Positions 1-9,477 are shown, counted from the first letter of the stretch. The stretch: 64,000 bases of DNA from Clostridia bacterium (GCA_045580815.1 JAZNOL010000048.1:49357-113356); one strand, 5' to 3'. Made by a program: numbers and translations. Notes: generated by a model from the letters alone, not told the origin.

Positions 1-2
1 AA

Positions 3-764
3 GTATATGATAATCGGAATAAGATTTCGACAAGTTTTAAAGAAGCACTCGATGCTTTGGATTTCCAGATATATAATAATGATAAAAATGTAACTATTTA
101 CAAAGATTTAATTAAAAATCAAAGAGAATATTATTATTATCCGGGCGACACCAATTTAACAATATTAAACCTAATTAGTTTAGGCGATTTTAATCAGGTG
201 AAAATGATACTTGAAGATATAGAAAAAGCTAACAGTAAAAAAGAACTTGATAGTCAGGCAAAAGATAAATTGAATTTAGAACTGGTTAAACTTTATAAAG
301 AAGTATCGGTTGCCTATGACATAGAGCCTGTTTTTATTACGGATGAGCAGATAAAGGGTAATACATCTGAACTTATTAAAATCATTAAAAAAGAATATCG
401 GTTACTGTGCGGCAGCCCGGAATCAACAAAGTCAGAAAAGACTGAAAAACTTGTAGAAGAAATTAAAGAATATATTTCAGACAATTTTTCCGATAATAAC
501 CTTAGTGCAAATATGATTTCGGATCAATTTGGCATTACAAGACAGTATCTATCAACTATTTTTCACAATATTACAGGTGAAAAACTTAGTGAATTTATCA
601 CTACGGTCAGGCTGGATGAGGCTAAAAAGCTGCTCGGACAAAGGGTGCTTAGTGTAAGCCAGATTGCACAAGAGGTAGGATTTACAAATGATATTGCTCT
701 TATAAGAGCATTTAAAAAGATTGAAGGGGTTACACCGGGTTATTACAGAGAAAAAATGATTTAA
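3..764 (+). CDS. AraC-family transcriptional regulator, C-terminal part (5' end lies upstream of the window)
   Basis: The reading frame is open from base 3, with no stop before the TTG at 57 used by the ORF track. The last ~100 aa show the AraC/XylS double HTH (ISDQFGITRQYLSTIFHNITGEKLSEFITTVRLDEAKKLL...VSQIAQEVGFTNDIALIRAFKKIEGVTPGYYR). A strong terminator follows. Confidence 0.8.
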   Translation, partial: VYDNRNKISTSFKEALDALDFQIYNNDKNVTIYKDLIKNQREYYYYPGDTNLTILNLISLGDFNQVKMILEDIEKANSKKELDSQAKDKLNLELVKLYKEVSVAYDIEPVFITDEQIKGNTSELIKIIKKEYRLLCGSPESTKSEKTEKLVEEIKEYISDNFSDNNLSANMISDQFGITRQYLSTIFHNITGEKLSEFITTVRLDEAKKLLGQRVLSVSQIAQEVGFTNDIALIRAFKKIEGVTPGYYREKMI

Positions 765-772
765 AAAGAATA

Positions 773-814
773 AAGGCAATTTTAAGAACTACAATCTTAA
801 AATTGCCTTTTTTG
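773..814 (+). terminator. Rho-independent terminator of the AraC-family gene
   Basis: Perfect 14-bp stem AAGGCAATTTTAAG (773-786) / CTTAAAATTGCCTT (796-809), 9-nt loop, then T6 (808-813). Confidence 0.85.
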
Positions 815-833
815 TTGGTCTGAGTGAGAGGAC
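806..833. repeat. Direct repeat copy 1: duplicate of tRNA-Pro 3' end plus 10 nt of flank
   Basis: CCTTTTTTGTTGGTCTGAGTGAGAGGAC is identical over 28 nt to 1014-1041. On the minus strand it equals tRNA-Pro nt 59-76 plus downstream flank. Sequence diverges immediately after base 833. Confidence 0.9.
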
Positions 834-987
834 GCATATTGCTGTGCAATCTGCACTGCTTGCCGACCAAAACGCTTTGCATTTTGGTACCCGCCTGCGC
901 ACCAAAAAGCTAAAAAACTTGCCCCCGGCAACTTTTTCTAAACGCTTTTTGCCTTCTTAAGGTTCAAGTCCTTCACTATTTAAAACA

Positions 988-1021
988 CAAAAAAGGACAT
1001 ATTTGCATATGTCCCTTTTTT
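988..1021. terminator. Bidirectional hairpin; terminator for tRNA-Pro (minus strand)
   Basis: Stem GGACATAT (995-1002) / ATATGTCC (1007-1014), loop TTGC, with an A-run on the left and a T-run on the right. It lies directly 3' of the tRNA on the minus strand. Confidence 0.7.
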
Positions 1022-1041
1022 GTTGGTCTGAGTGAGAGGAC
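1014..1041. repeat. Direct repeat copy 2 (overlaps the genuine 3' end of tRNA-Pro)
   Basis: 28/28 identity with 806-833; spacing 208 bp. Confidence 0.9.
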
Positions 1042-1099
1042 TTGAACCTCCGGCCTCTTGAACCCCATTCAAGCACGCTACCAGCTGCGCTACACCCAG
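1024..1099 (-). tRNA. tRNA-Pro (anticodon GGG)
   Basis: The 76-nt reverse complement CTGGGTGTAGCGCAGCTGGTAGCGTGCTTGAATGGGGTTCAAGAGGCCGGAGGTTCAAGTCCTCTCACTCAGACCA folds as a canonical cloverleaf. Acceptor CTGGGTG/CACTCAG. Anticodon stem CTTGA/TCAAG with loop ATGGGGT (U33, anticodon GGG at 34-36, G37). T arm GGAGG-TTCAAGT-CCTCT. CCA is encoded. Confidence 0.9.
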
Positions 1100-1432
1100 A
1101 TATGTAATTTTTGCTTCTCACAAGCACAAGATATATTATACACCATATTTAAAAAAAAATCAAGTCTTTTTTAAAAGAAAAATATTACAATTGTGTTACA
1201 ATATTGTTTTTTGATTGAAATTAATGCCAAATTATTGTAAAATATATGTGATGGATAGTTGTGTCGTAAACTGTTTTATAAAAGACGGCACAATAAAATG
1301 AGCGTTTTGGTATAGTATGTTTTTACTGGCGGTATAATATTACAGTAAGCAAAGGTGTTTTTACGTCAGTTTGTATTTGTTTTTATAAACTAATTTTTAT
1401 TGACCGGAAAAATATTTTATGGAGGTGAAATT

Positions 1433-3103
1433 TTGGTTCGTAAACAACCAAAACTTAAAATCGTTGCCCTCGGCGGACTTAACGAGATCGGCAAAAATAT
1501 GTATGTATATGAGTGCGGCAACGATATTATCGTAATTGATAGCGGTCTGGCGTTTCCGGATGACGAAATGCTGGGCGTTGACCTTGTGATACCGGATATT
1601 TCTTATCTTGTAAAAAATAAAGATAAGGTTAAAGCTGTGTTTTTAACACACGGGCACGAAGATCATATCGGCGGATTGCCGTATCTCTTAAAAGAAATAA
1701 ACGTTCCCGTATACGGAACAAGACTTACCATAGGTCTTGTGGAATGTAAACTTAAAGAGTTCGGAAGTCTCTCATCATCAAAACTGATATGCGTTGCCCC
1801 GGGTGACCATGTCAGAATAGGGAATTTTGATGTGGAATTTATCAATTCAAATCACAGTATTCCCGATGCTGTAATTTTTTCGGTGACAACGCCGCAAGGC
1901 ATTGTTATTCACACCGGCGACTTTAAAATTGATAGCACACCAATCGCAGGAGAGATGATTAACCTTTCTAGATTAGGTGAAATTAGTAAAAAAGGTGTTC
2001 TTGCCCTTTTGTCCGAAAGTACAAATGCTGAACGGCAGGGCTACACAATGTCAGAAAGCAATGTGGGCGAGACCTTTGAAAACATATTTACATCGCACAA
2101 AATGCAACGTATCATTGTAGCAACTTTTGCGTCAAACGTGCACAGAGTTCAGCAACTTATTGATGCGGCAGTACGCCACGGACGAAAAATTGCCGTTTCC
2201 GGCAGAAGCATGGAGAACATAGTGGAGGTTTCACTCACTTTGGGATACATGGATATTCCGCCCGGAAGCCTTATTTCAATTGATGAAATAGACAGATATC
2301 AGCCACATCAGATTGTTATCTGCACAACCGGCAGCCAGGGAGAGCCTATGAGTGCCCTTTCACGAATGGCATTTTCAGGGCACAAAAAAGTTGAAATCGG
2401 TAGTGATGACCTTATTGTAATCAGTGCCAATCCTATTCCCGGTAATGAAAAGCTTGTATCAAAAGTTGTTGATGAGCTGTTCAAACGCGGGGCTGACGTT
2501 ATTTATGAGTCTCTTGACAGAGTGCATGTGTCCGGTCACGCATGCCAGGAGGAGCTCAAAGTAATGCTTGGGGTTACAAAACCTGAGTATTTTATACCTA
2601 TCCACGGTGAGTACAGACATCTAATACACCATGCACGGCTTGGTGAAAAAATGGGTGTTCCTAAAGAAAATATATATCTGCTTGACAACGGTCAGGTGCT
2701 TGAATTTGACAAATGCGAGGCTTCCAGATGCGGAAACGTCACATCCGGCAAAGTGCTTGTTGACGGTCTCGGTGTGGGCGATGTGGGTAACATCGTGCTT
2801 CGTGACAGAAAACATCTTGCTCAGGACGGACTTATTGTTATTGTGGTAACAATTTCCGAGCAGACAAAAGAAATTCTGGCAGGTCCGGATATTGTTTCAC
2901 GAGGCTTTGTTTATGTAAGAGAAGCTGAAGACCTGATGGACAAAATCAAAAACATAGCTTATGATGCTGTTGAAGAATGCCGTATAAGCGGAAACGATGA
3001 TTGGACATCAATAAAGAATAAAATAAAAAATGACCTGGCAACATATCTTTACAGTAAAACCAAACGCAATCCAATGTTGTTGCCGGTTATTATGGAAGTT
3101 TAA
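1433..3103 (+). CDS. rnj: Ribonuclease J (metallo-beta-lactamase / beta-CASP RNase)
   Basis: LKIVALGGLNEIGKNMYVYE..., the HGHEDHIGG metal motif, beta-CASP and C-terminal domains, ~555 aa. The ORF track starts at TTG 1400, but GGAGGTG at 1421-1427 sits 5 nt before TTG 1433, so I prefer 1433. Confidence 0.9.
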   Translation: MVRKQPKLKIVALGGLNEIGKNMYVYECGNDIIVIDSGLAFPDDEMLGVDLVIPDISYLVKNKDKVKAVFLTHGHEDHIGGLPYLLKEINVPVYGTRLTIGLVECKLKEFGSLSSSKLICVAPGDHVRIGNFDVEFINSNHSIPDAVIFSVTTPQGIVIHTGDFKIDSTPIAGEMINLSRLGEISKKGVLALLSESTNAERQGYTMSESNVGETFENIFTSHKMQRIIVATFASNVHRVQQLIDAAVRHGRKIAVSGRSMENIVEVSLTLGYMDIPPGSLISIDEIDRYQPHQIVICTTGSQGEPMSALSRMAFSGHKKVEIGSDDLIVISANPIPGNEKLVSKVVDELFKRGADVIYESLDRVHVSGHACQEELKVMLGVTKPEYFIPIHGEYRHLIHHARLGEKMGVPKENIYLLDNGQVLEFDKCEASRCGNVTSGKVLVDGLGVGDVGNIVLRDRKHLAQDGLIVIVVTISEQTKEILAGPDIVSRGFVYVREAEDLMDKIKNIAYDAVEECRISGNDDWTSIKNKIKNDLATYLYSKTKRNPMLLPVIMEV

Positions 3104-3163
3104 AAAGTTGCGTTGCTCCGTTTTGGGGCAACGCAATAATAAAGTTACATAGGAGTACCAATA

Positions 3164-3892
3164 ATGACCTTTAAAGAAATAAAAAACCAAGCATTTTCTT
3201 TATTTAAAGAATCTTTTGGTAAATGCACGGCAGCTTCGTTGACCGTGATGTTTATAAAAATAGCTGTTATGCTTATAATTATGACACTACAGCTTGTCAG
3301 TATGAAGATTTTTGGTGTGCAATGTATAACAGGATACACATCAATATTGTTTTATGTGCTTTATTTGTTGGCATATATATTCATATTTATGCCTTTAGAA
3401 TTTTCAAAATCGCTGTTTGAACTAAAAACAGCAAAAGGTGAAAAACCTGATACAGACAGTATATTTGACTGTTTTAAATCAAATTATTTTTATAGTGTGT
3501 GTATACAATTAAGACAAGCATTGGCAAAACTGATGGCATTTTTGTTTATTGTTATAGTGTGTGCATCGGTTTATACTTTTGGTGTAAACATTATTTACAT
3601 AATAGAAGCGGGCATTCTGGCGTGGATATTAATGCACGTAATAATGAAATTGCGTTACTCATCGCTGATGAATGCAGCTGTTTTGTGCAGTATGCAAGGT
3701 ATCAACAAAACAATGCGAAAAGCCGTACGGACTTCACGAAAAAATAAACATATAGTTTTTTGTCTTTTGTGTACACTGGCAGGCTGGATTCTGCTTTCGC
3801 TGGTAACATGCGGCATAGGATTTATTTTTGTGGGTTCCTATATCAGTATATGCATAAAAAAATATTACTTAACTATTGAAAGGGGTTTTTAA
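3164..3892 (+). CDS. Polytopic membrane protein, function unknown (DUF975-like by N-terminal pattern)
   Basis: RBS TAGGAG lies 8 nt upstream of the ATG. There are several hydrophobic segments. The N-terminus MTFKEIKNQAFSLFKESFGK resembles DUF975 proteins; this family assignment is from memory only. Confidence 0.55.
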   Translation: MTFKEIKNQAFSLFKESFGKCTAASLTVMFIKIAVMLIIMTLQLVSMKIFGVQCITGYTSILFYVLYLLAYIFIFMPLEFSKSLFELKTAKGEKPDTDSIFDCFKSNYFYSVCIQLRQALAKLMAFLFIVIVCASVYTFGVNIIYIIEAGILAWILMHVIMKLRYSSLMNAAVLCSMQGINKTMRKAVRTSRKNKHIVFCLLCTLAGWILLSLVTCGIGFIFVGSYISICIKKYYLTIERGF

Positions 3893-3895
3893 ACC

Positions 3896-5245
3896 ATGTC
3901 TTCTGACGCCGTCGGGAGTATGCCGGATTTGTTTGGAGAGGCTCCCAGTATATTGGTCTTTGTATTAATATCGGTTTTAACAGTTCTGCTGTGCGGAGTT
4001 TTCACGATGGTTCGTGCCGCAATGAAAGAAATAAGCGAGAAAAAGCTGTCTAAAATGGCAGGCGATGGCAACAAAAACGCCGCCCGGTTGCTGAAATACA
4101 GCGAAAAATATCGTCTTATTTCCACATCAATGCATTTTATGTCATATCTGTGTCTTATATGCACCGTCATTTTTGCAATGGTGTATATTCTGTCGGTATC
4201 TGCCGACATGGGACAGGCATGGCTGTTTGCATCATTGTATGCGTTTTTGTTTACCTGCGTTTTTCTTATTTTCAGCAGCGGAGTTTTCGGGCGTATCGGC
4301 GAAACACGTCCTGAAGAAGTAGCGGCAAAAACCTTTAAATTTGCTATTGTATGCTACTGGATAACCTGCGTTTTTGCATTTGTTATACGCAAGATTTCGG
4401 GTGTTTTCGGCAAAGCCTTTGATATTGTTCCCGAAGAAGAGGAAGAAGAGGTCAGCGAAGAAGAAATCCGCCAGATGGTTGAAGAGGGCGAAGAGATGGG
4501 TATTATCCCTGAAACCGAAAGCGAAATGATAAACAACATTTTCGAGTTTAACGATATTCCTGTGGGAAAAATCATGACTCACCGTACAGATATTGTTGCG
4601 GCAGAAAAGGACGCAACCTTTGACGAGGTTTTAAAACTTGCAACCGAAGAGGGTTATACACGCATCCCTGTTTATGAAGAAACAATTGACAATATTGTGG
4701 GTATTCTGCATATAAAAACTCTGTTTAAACACATGGGCGAAAACGCCGGCGGTGATTTTAACGTGGCAGAATATATGACAGACCCCAGCTATGTTCCCGA
4801 ATCAAAAACTGCCAACGAGCTTTTTGACGAAATGCAGATAAGCAAAATGCATATTGCCGTTGTTGTTGACGAATACGGCGGAACAGCGGGTATTGTCACC
4901 ATGGAGGACCTTATTGAATCCATACTCGGCAACATTGAAGATGAGTATGACGAAGAAGAGGAAGACGAAATCACAGACGTTGAAGACGGTTGCTATGTTG
5001 CCGAGGGCAGCATGGGATTTGACGAAATGTGCGAATATATCGGGCTTGAGCTTGATGAAGAAACCGAATTTGAGTTTGACTTTGATACCGTGGGCGGTTT
5101 TGTTACCGGTATGCTTGACAGAATACCGCAACGTGGCGACAGCTTTGAGTTTGAAAATGTAACCTTTGAGGTGCTTGAAGCTGATGACAAAAAAATTGAC
5201 AAGGTAAAAATCACCGTGTCAGTAGCATCAGAAGAAGAAAACTAA
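3896..5245 (+). CDS. Hemolysin-family / CNNM (DUF21)-CBS-CorC_HlyC membrane protein, putative Mg2+/Co2+ efflux
   Basis: N-terminal TM domain, an acidic linker (EEEEEEVSEEE), a CBS pair (FEFNDIPVGKIMTHRTDIV... HIAVVVDEYGGTAGIVTMEDLIE) and a C-terminal CorC/HlyC domain (TVGGFVTGMLDRIPQRGDSFEF). Confidence 0.85.
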   Translation: MSSDAVGSMPDLFGEAPSILVFVLISVLTVLLCGVFTMVRAAMKEISEKKLSKMAGDGNKNAARLLKYSEKYRLISTSMHFMSYLCLICTVIFAMVYILSVSADMGQAWLFASLYAFLFTCVFLIFSSGVFGRIGETRPEEVAAKTFKFAIVCYWITCVFAFVIRKISGVFGKAFDIVPEEEEEEVSEEEIRQMVEEGEEMGIIPETESEMINNIFEFNDIPVGKIMTHRTDIVAAEKDATFDEVLKLATEEGYTRIPVYEETIDNIVGILHIKTLFKHMGENAGGDFNVAEYMTDPSYVPESKTANELFDEMQISKMHIAVVVDEYGGTAGIVTMEDLIESILGNIEDEYDEEEEDEITDVEDGCYVAEGSMGFDEMCEYIGLELDEETEFEFDFDTVGGFVTGMLDRIPQRGDSFEFENVTFEVLEADDKKIDKVKITVSVASEEEN

Positions 5246-5261
5246 TTATTAATCAGAAAAT

Positions 5262-5298
5262 CAGCAATCTGCCCGAAATTGACAGATTGCTGTTTTTG
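5262..5298 (+). terminator. Rho-independent terminator
   Basis: Stem CAGCAATCTG (5262-5271) / CAGATTGCTG (5283-5292), then TTTTT. Confidence 0.8.
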
Positions 5299-5307
5299 CA
5301 AAAATTG

Positions 5308-5460
5308 TTATCTTTCCGAATGAAGCTTGATTTCCGGCAATGACGAAAAAATCATATCGTCAATATCCCGGTTGTTGTCATTTTTGTCGGATGTTTCAGG
5401 ATGATAGTCAGAATAAATCACATCGTCCGGAGGCAAATTTTTATTAAATAAACTGTTCAT
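5308..5460 (-). CDS. Candidate small ORF, 50 aa, acidic (not in the >=60-aa ORF track)
   Basis: ATG at 5460 with AAAGGAC 9-10 nt upstream. Translation: MNSLFNKNLPPDDVIYSDYHPETSDKNDNNRDIDDMIFSSLPEIKLHSER, stop at 5308-5310. It fills an otherwise empty 300-bp gap. I recognise no homology. Confidence 0.3.
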   Translation of the reverse strand: MNSLFNKNLPPDDVIYSDYHPETSDKNDNNRDIDDMIFSSLPEIKLHSER

Positions 5461-5544
5461 AAAATCAATGTCCTTTCAAAGGGTTATAACATTATTATAT
5501 GAAATTAAAAACAAAATTATGATAAAAGCAAGGAGAATTTTGTT

Positions 5545-5994
5545 ATGCGTGTTGTGTTGCAAAGAGTAAACAGCGCAAGCGTTGCCGTTGACGGTGAGGT
5601 TTGCGGTAAAATAGGAAAAGGCTATCTGATGCTGCTTGGCGTGGGAGAAACCGATTCAAAAGAAATGGCAGAAAAAATGGTGGAAAAAATTTCAAAACTG
5701 CGTATTTTCGAAGACGAAAACGGCAAAACGAACCTGTCGGCGGCAGATGTTGGAGGCGAAATGCTTGTGGTATCGCAGTTTACGCTGTATGCTGATTGCA
5801 AAAAAGGCAACAGACCAAGCTTTACATCAGCGGCAAAACCGGATTTGGCAACCGAGCTTTATGAATATGTAAAAGAGCTTTGCAAAAAATATTTTAAAAC
5901 CGTTGAGTGCGGCATTTTCGGTGCAGATATGAAAGTCAGCCTTGAAAATGACGGCCCGTTTACGCTTATGCTTGACAGCGATACACTTTTTTAA
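5545..5994 (+). CDS. dtd: D-aminoacyl-tRNA deacylase
   Basis: MRVVLQRV..., [17 protein letters not shown] and [15 protein letters not shown] motifs; 149 aa; RBS AAGGAG. Confidence 0.93.
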   Translation: MRVVLQRVNSASVAVDGEVCGKIGKGYLMLLGVGETDSKEMAEKMVEKISKLRIFEDENGKTNLSAADVGGEMLVVSQFTLYADCKKGNRPSFTSAAKPDLATELYEYVKELCKKYFKTVECGIFGADMKVSLENDGPFTLMLDSDTLF

Positions 5995-6009
5995 AAACGA
6001 GTGATAAAT

Positions 6010-7575
6010 ATGAAATTTAAAATCAGTAATATAAAAATTCCTCTTGAAAACGATATTTCAATTGAGCAGTATCTTTCGGAAATCGGGATAAAAACCGCGG
6101 GCAAGGCTACCATAGCAAAACAGTCTGTGGATTTTCGTAAAAAAACAAATCCGATGATGGTTTATACGGTTATTACCGAATGCAATAAAAATTACGGAGA
6201 AAAAGAACTTAAAAACGGCGTGAAAATTTCTCCTTTTGAAACTTTGCCTGAAGAAACCGTAATCCCGGGGGATAAAAACCTAAACACCCCTCCTGTTATA
6301 GCAGGAAGCGGCCCTGCCGGAATTTTCTGTGCTTATGAGCTTGCAAAAAAAGGTTATAATCCGATTATAATTGAACGTGGCGGCGATATGGACTCGCGTA
6401 AAAAAGAGGTGGAAAAATTCTGGCAGACGGGAATGCTTAATACCGAATGTAACGTGCAGTTCGGTGAGGGCGGTGCAGGCACTTTTTCTGACGGAAAGCT
6501 CACCACCCGCACAGGAGACCCAAGAGGGAAAAAGGTGCTTGAAACTTTTGCCCGGTTTGGTGCACCGGAAGAAATTCTCTATGCGGCAAAACCACATATC
6601 GGCACAGATGTTTTAAGCGATGTTATAAAACGTATGCGTGAAGAAATTATACGTTTGGGCGGCAGTGTCAGGTTCGATTCGCGGCTTGAAAATATCGGTG
6701 GCAACGGAAATCTGGAATATATAACAGTAAACAGCGAAAAAATGCCTTGCAGTCTGCTTGTACTTGCAATCGGGCACAGTGCAAGAGATACTTTTGAAAT
6801 GCTTGCTTCAAAAGGCGTTATGATGGCACCAAAGGATTTTGCCGCAGGTTTTCGAGTTGAACATTTGCAAACATCTGTAAACAAGGCACAGTACGGTGAT
6901 TTTGCAGGACATCCAAAACTTAAAAACGCCGATTATAATTTTGCCGCAAGAAGCGGCGACAGGGGAGTGTACACTTTCTGTATGTGTCCCGGCGGCAAAG
7001 TTGTTGCGGCGGCAAGCGAAGCGGGCAGGCTTGCGGTCAACGGCATGAGCAACCACGCACGAAACGAAACAAACGCCAACAGTGCAGTTGTGGTGCAGGT
7101 TTCGTCGGCAGATTTTGGCAGCGGCATTTTTGACGGAATGAATTTCCAGAGAAATCTTGAAAAAATTGCTTTTGAAAACGGCGGAAAAAATTATTTTGCC
7201 CCTGTGCAGACTCTTGAAAAGCTTATGGGAACAAAAGCGGATACAACCGTCGAGCCGTCATATAAACCGGGCGTAAATTATTGTGATTTTGAAAAAATAT
7301 TTCCGGGATTTATGATAAATTCCGTAAAAGACGGACTTTTGGCTTTCGGCAGAAAACTAAAAGGGTTTGACGATGGCGGTGCGGTGCTTACGGCGGTTGA
7401 AACACGCACATCGTCACCGGTGCGCATTCTTCGTGGCGATAACGGACAGTCGGTATCTTTTGCCGGTATATACCCATCAGGCGAGGGAGCAGGCTATGCC
7501 GGCGGAATTATGAGCGCCGCTGTTGACGGCATAAAAACTGCAGAAAAAATTATTTCGGAATATAAACCTTTTTGA
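6010..7575 (+). CDS. FAD-dependent oxidoreductase (COG2509-type uncharacterised dehydrogenase)
   Basis: Dinucleotide-binding motif IAGSGPAGIFCAYELAKKG. Later FGEGGAGTFSDGKL and C-terminal GEGAGYAGGI are typical of this family. ATG 6010 is preferred over GTG 6001. Confidence 0.8.
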   Translation: MKFKISNIKIPLENDISIEQYLSEIGIKTAGKATIAKQSVDFRKKTNPMMVYTVITECNKNYGEKELKNGVKISPFETLPEETVIPGDKNLNTPPVIAGSGPAGIFCAYELAKKGYNPIIIERGGDMDSRKKEVEKFWQTGMLNTECNVQFGEGGAGTFSDGKLTTRTGDPRGKKVLETFARFGAPEEILYAAKPHIGTDVLSDVIKRMREEIIRLGGSVRFDSRLENIGGNGNLEYITVNSEKMPCSLLVLAIGHSARDTFEMLASKGVMMAPKDFAAGFRVEHLQTSVNKAQYGDFAGHPKLKNADYNFAARSGDRGVYTFCMCPGGKVVAAASEAGRLAVNGMSNHARNETNANSAVVVQVSSADFGSGIFDGMNFQRNLEKIAFENGGKNYFAPVQTLEKLMGTKADTTVEPSYKPGVNYCDFEKIFPGFMINSVKDGLLAFGRKLKGFDDGGAVLTAVETRTSSPVRILRGDNGQSVSFAGIYPSGEGAGYAGGIMSAAVDGIKTAEKIISEYKPF

Positions 7576-7639
7576 ATTAAACACATATCCTTTGGAAATG
7601 ATATAATCAAATTACAGGCAGAAAGGGTATGTGCAAAAT

Positions 7640-8302
7640 ATGAAAAAAACTGCGATATTTTTGGCGGTTATTTTGCTAGTGGCAGTAATCGTTTTAAATA
7701 ACAACAAATCAGAAAGTGTTACAGTGAACGCATCAAGGGTTTTAACCAGAGATATTGAAATAAGCGTCACTACAAGCGGATATACCGTACCTAAAACAGA
7801 TGGTGATTATACCGACGTTTATGTGGTTTTGTCAGTCAATGAAAATGACATTTCAAAAGTTGCGGAGGGTAATCGTGCAGAGCTTACTTTGGTTGCGGTC
7901 CCGGATAAAATTTTTAATGGGCATGTAAGTGAAATTTCTCCGTATGCAAATAGAATTTCCGGTATAAAATCCACAACTGGGTATATTGATGTTAAAGTAG
8001 AATTTGATGGCAATTACAGTGAGATTAAACCGGGATACAGCGTTGATGCAAAAATATACGGCGAAAGCGTAAAAAATGCCTTATTGGTACCGTATGATGC
8101 AGTTGTAACAAAAAATGGAGACGACTGCGTGTGGGTGCTTGAAAATGGAGAGGTTAATTTAAAAAAGGTGCAGACAGGTATTGAAGAAGATTTCAACACA
8201 CAAATTACAAGTGGACTTTCCGGTGAAGAAACAGTTATATTAAACCCTCCGTGGCAGGGAACCGATGCGGTTAAAGTGAAGCAAACGGAGGCAGTGCAGT
8301 GA
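7640..8302 (+). CDS. Short HlyD/MacA-like periplasmic adaptor (membrane-fusion) protein
   Basis: N-terminal anchor MKKTAIFLAVILLVAVIVL, followed by beta-barrel-like adaptor sequence (...GHVSEISPYA..., ...ALLVPYDAVV..., VNLKKVQTGIEEDFNTQITSGL). Its stop overlaps the next gene's start (GTGA). The start is uncertain (GTG 7631 or ATG 7640). Confidence 0.7.
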   Translation: MKKTAIFLAVILLVAVIVLNNNKSESVTVNASRVLTRDIEISVTTSGYTVPKTDGDYTDVYVVLSVNENDISKVAEGNRAELTLVAVPDKIFNGHVSEISPYANRISGIKSTTGYIDVKVEFDGNYSEIKPGYSVDAKIYGESVKNALLVPYDAVVTKNGDDCVWVLENGEVNLKKVQTGIEEDFNTQITSGLSGEETVILNPPWQGTDAVKVKQTEAVQ

Positions 8303-9471
8303 ATATAGAAGATATGATTTTTTTATCCTTGCGGCATATGCGCATGGGAAAAATACGCGCAGTTTTGAATATGTTGGGATTTATCATAGGTACGGCATCG
8401 ATTATAGCGGTTTTGTGTGTTGCTGACGGTGGCAAGATAGCAATTGACAACAAGCTTGACAAAATGGGGATGAACTGCATTGCAATTAAAACTTCCGGTG
8501 CCTCAGTAATCGATTATTCTGATTATGAATATTTAAAAACAGCAATGAAAAATGGCGGTTTTTCTGATGAAATAACCCCTGTTTACATGAATTATGCCGA
8601 TGTAATTTGTGACGGAAAACGTCGGGAAATAGTAGTGTGGGGTGTTGCAGAGGGCTTTGAAAACGTATATGATGTAAGTCTTTCGCAAGGAAGATATTTT
8701 AATAAATTTGATTTGGAAAAAAATAAAAATGTACTTGTTGCCGAAAGTGTTATGGCCGAAAGTGTTTTTCCGGGACTTGAAATAGGTGACAGCGTAGAAA
8801 TAGAAGCAACAGGAAAAAAGATTCAGGCAAAAATTATAGGAATAACCGATGACGGTGACGAAAGCCTGAAAAACAGTTTTGCCGATGCTGTACCGGTGTT
8901 TGTGTATATGCCTGTAAAATCAGCAATGCAACTTTTTGATACTGATCATATTGATTATATATCCGTGAAAAATTCGCAGGCTGATTATGCTGCTAAAAAA
9001 AGTGTAAGCCTGTTGCAACGACGCGGCGGAACGGGATATTATGCAGAAAATATGTCGGCACAACGGTCAGGAATTGATACAATTATTGCTCTCATAAGCC
9101 TCATTCTTGGGGCAATTGCGGCAATTTCGCTTGTGGTGAGCATACTGGGTGTGGTTAATATAATGCTGATGACAGTGAACGAGCGCACAGGCGAAATAGG
9201 CGTTTTAAAAGCTGTAGGAGCAAAAAACAGAGATATAATGATGCAATTTCTTTCAGAAACTGTTATAATTGTTTCAATTGGTGCGGTGGTTGGTTGTGTT
9301 CTCGGCTATTTTACCGGAAAAATTGCGGCCATGGTTATTGGAATACCGTTTGTGTTTAATTGGAAAACATCAGCGGCAGTTTCTGTAATTCTTGTTGCGG
9401 CAGGTGCAATTTTCGGTGTTTATCCGGCAAAAATTGCAGCAAATATTGATCCGGCAAAAATACTGAAATAA
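8299..9471 (+). CDS. ABC transporter permease, MacB/FtsX family (no ATPase domain)
   Basis: N-terminal TM, a large extracytoplasmic domain, and a C-terminal FtsX 3-TM bundle (ISLVVSILGVVNIMLMTVNERTGEIGVLKAVGAKNRDIMMQFLSE). RBS ACGGAGG lies 7 nt before the GTG. Confidence 0.85.
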   Translation: MNIEDMIFLSLRHMRMGKIRAVLNMLGFIIGTASIIAVLCVADGGKIAIDNKLDKMGMNCIAIKTSGASVIDYSDYEYLKTAMKNGGFSDEITPVYMNYADVICDGKRREIVVWGVAEGFENVYDVSLSQGRYFNKFDLEKNKNVLVAESVMAESVFPGLEIGDSVEIEATGKKIQAKIIGITDDGDESLKNSFADAVPVFVYMPVKSAMQLFDTDHIDYISVKNSQADYAAKKSVSLLQRRGGTGYYAENMSAQRSGIDTIIALISLILGAIAAISLVVSILGVVNIMLMTVNERTGEIGVLKAVGAKNRDIMMQFLSETVIIVSIGAVVGCVLGYFTGKIAAMVIGIPFVFNWKTSAAVSVILVAAGAIFGVYPAKIAANIDPAKILK

Positions 9472-9477
9472 ATCGGA

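Noticed and set aside
834-1013. The segment between the tRNA-end repeats contains GGTTCAAGTCC (a T-arm-like motif) and small hairpins. I considered it as a second tRNA, tmRNA fragment or ncRNA.
   Set aside because: No acceptor, D or anticodon arms can be folded around the T-arm-like motif on either strand. It is most simply a degenerate fragment.
806-1099. A prophage or ICE integrated at tRNA-Pro.
   Set aside because: Only ~180 bp separate the repeats, and no integrase, excisionase or phage genes occur nearby. At most this is a scar (reported as a low-interest finding).
1100-1432. A long (~330 nt) AT-rich region upstream of rnj, considered as a regulatory leader or ncRNA.
   Set aside because: It contains several promoter-like hexamers (for example TTGAAA...TAAAAT near 1217-1245), but I could define no convincing conserved structure or terminator by eye. 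It cannot be supported without comparative data.
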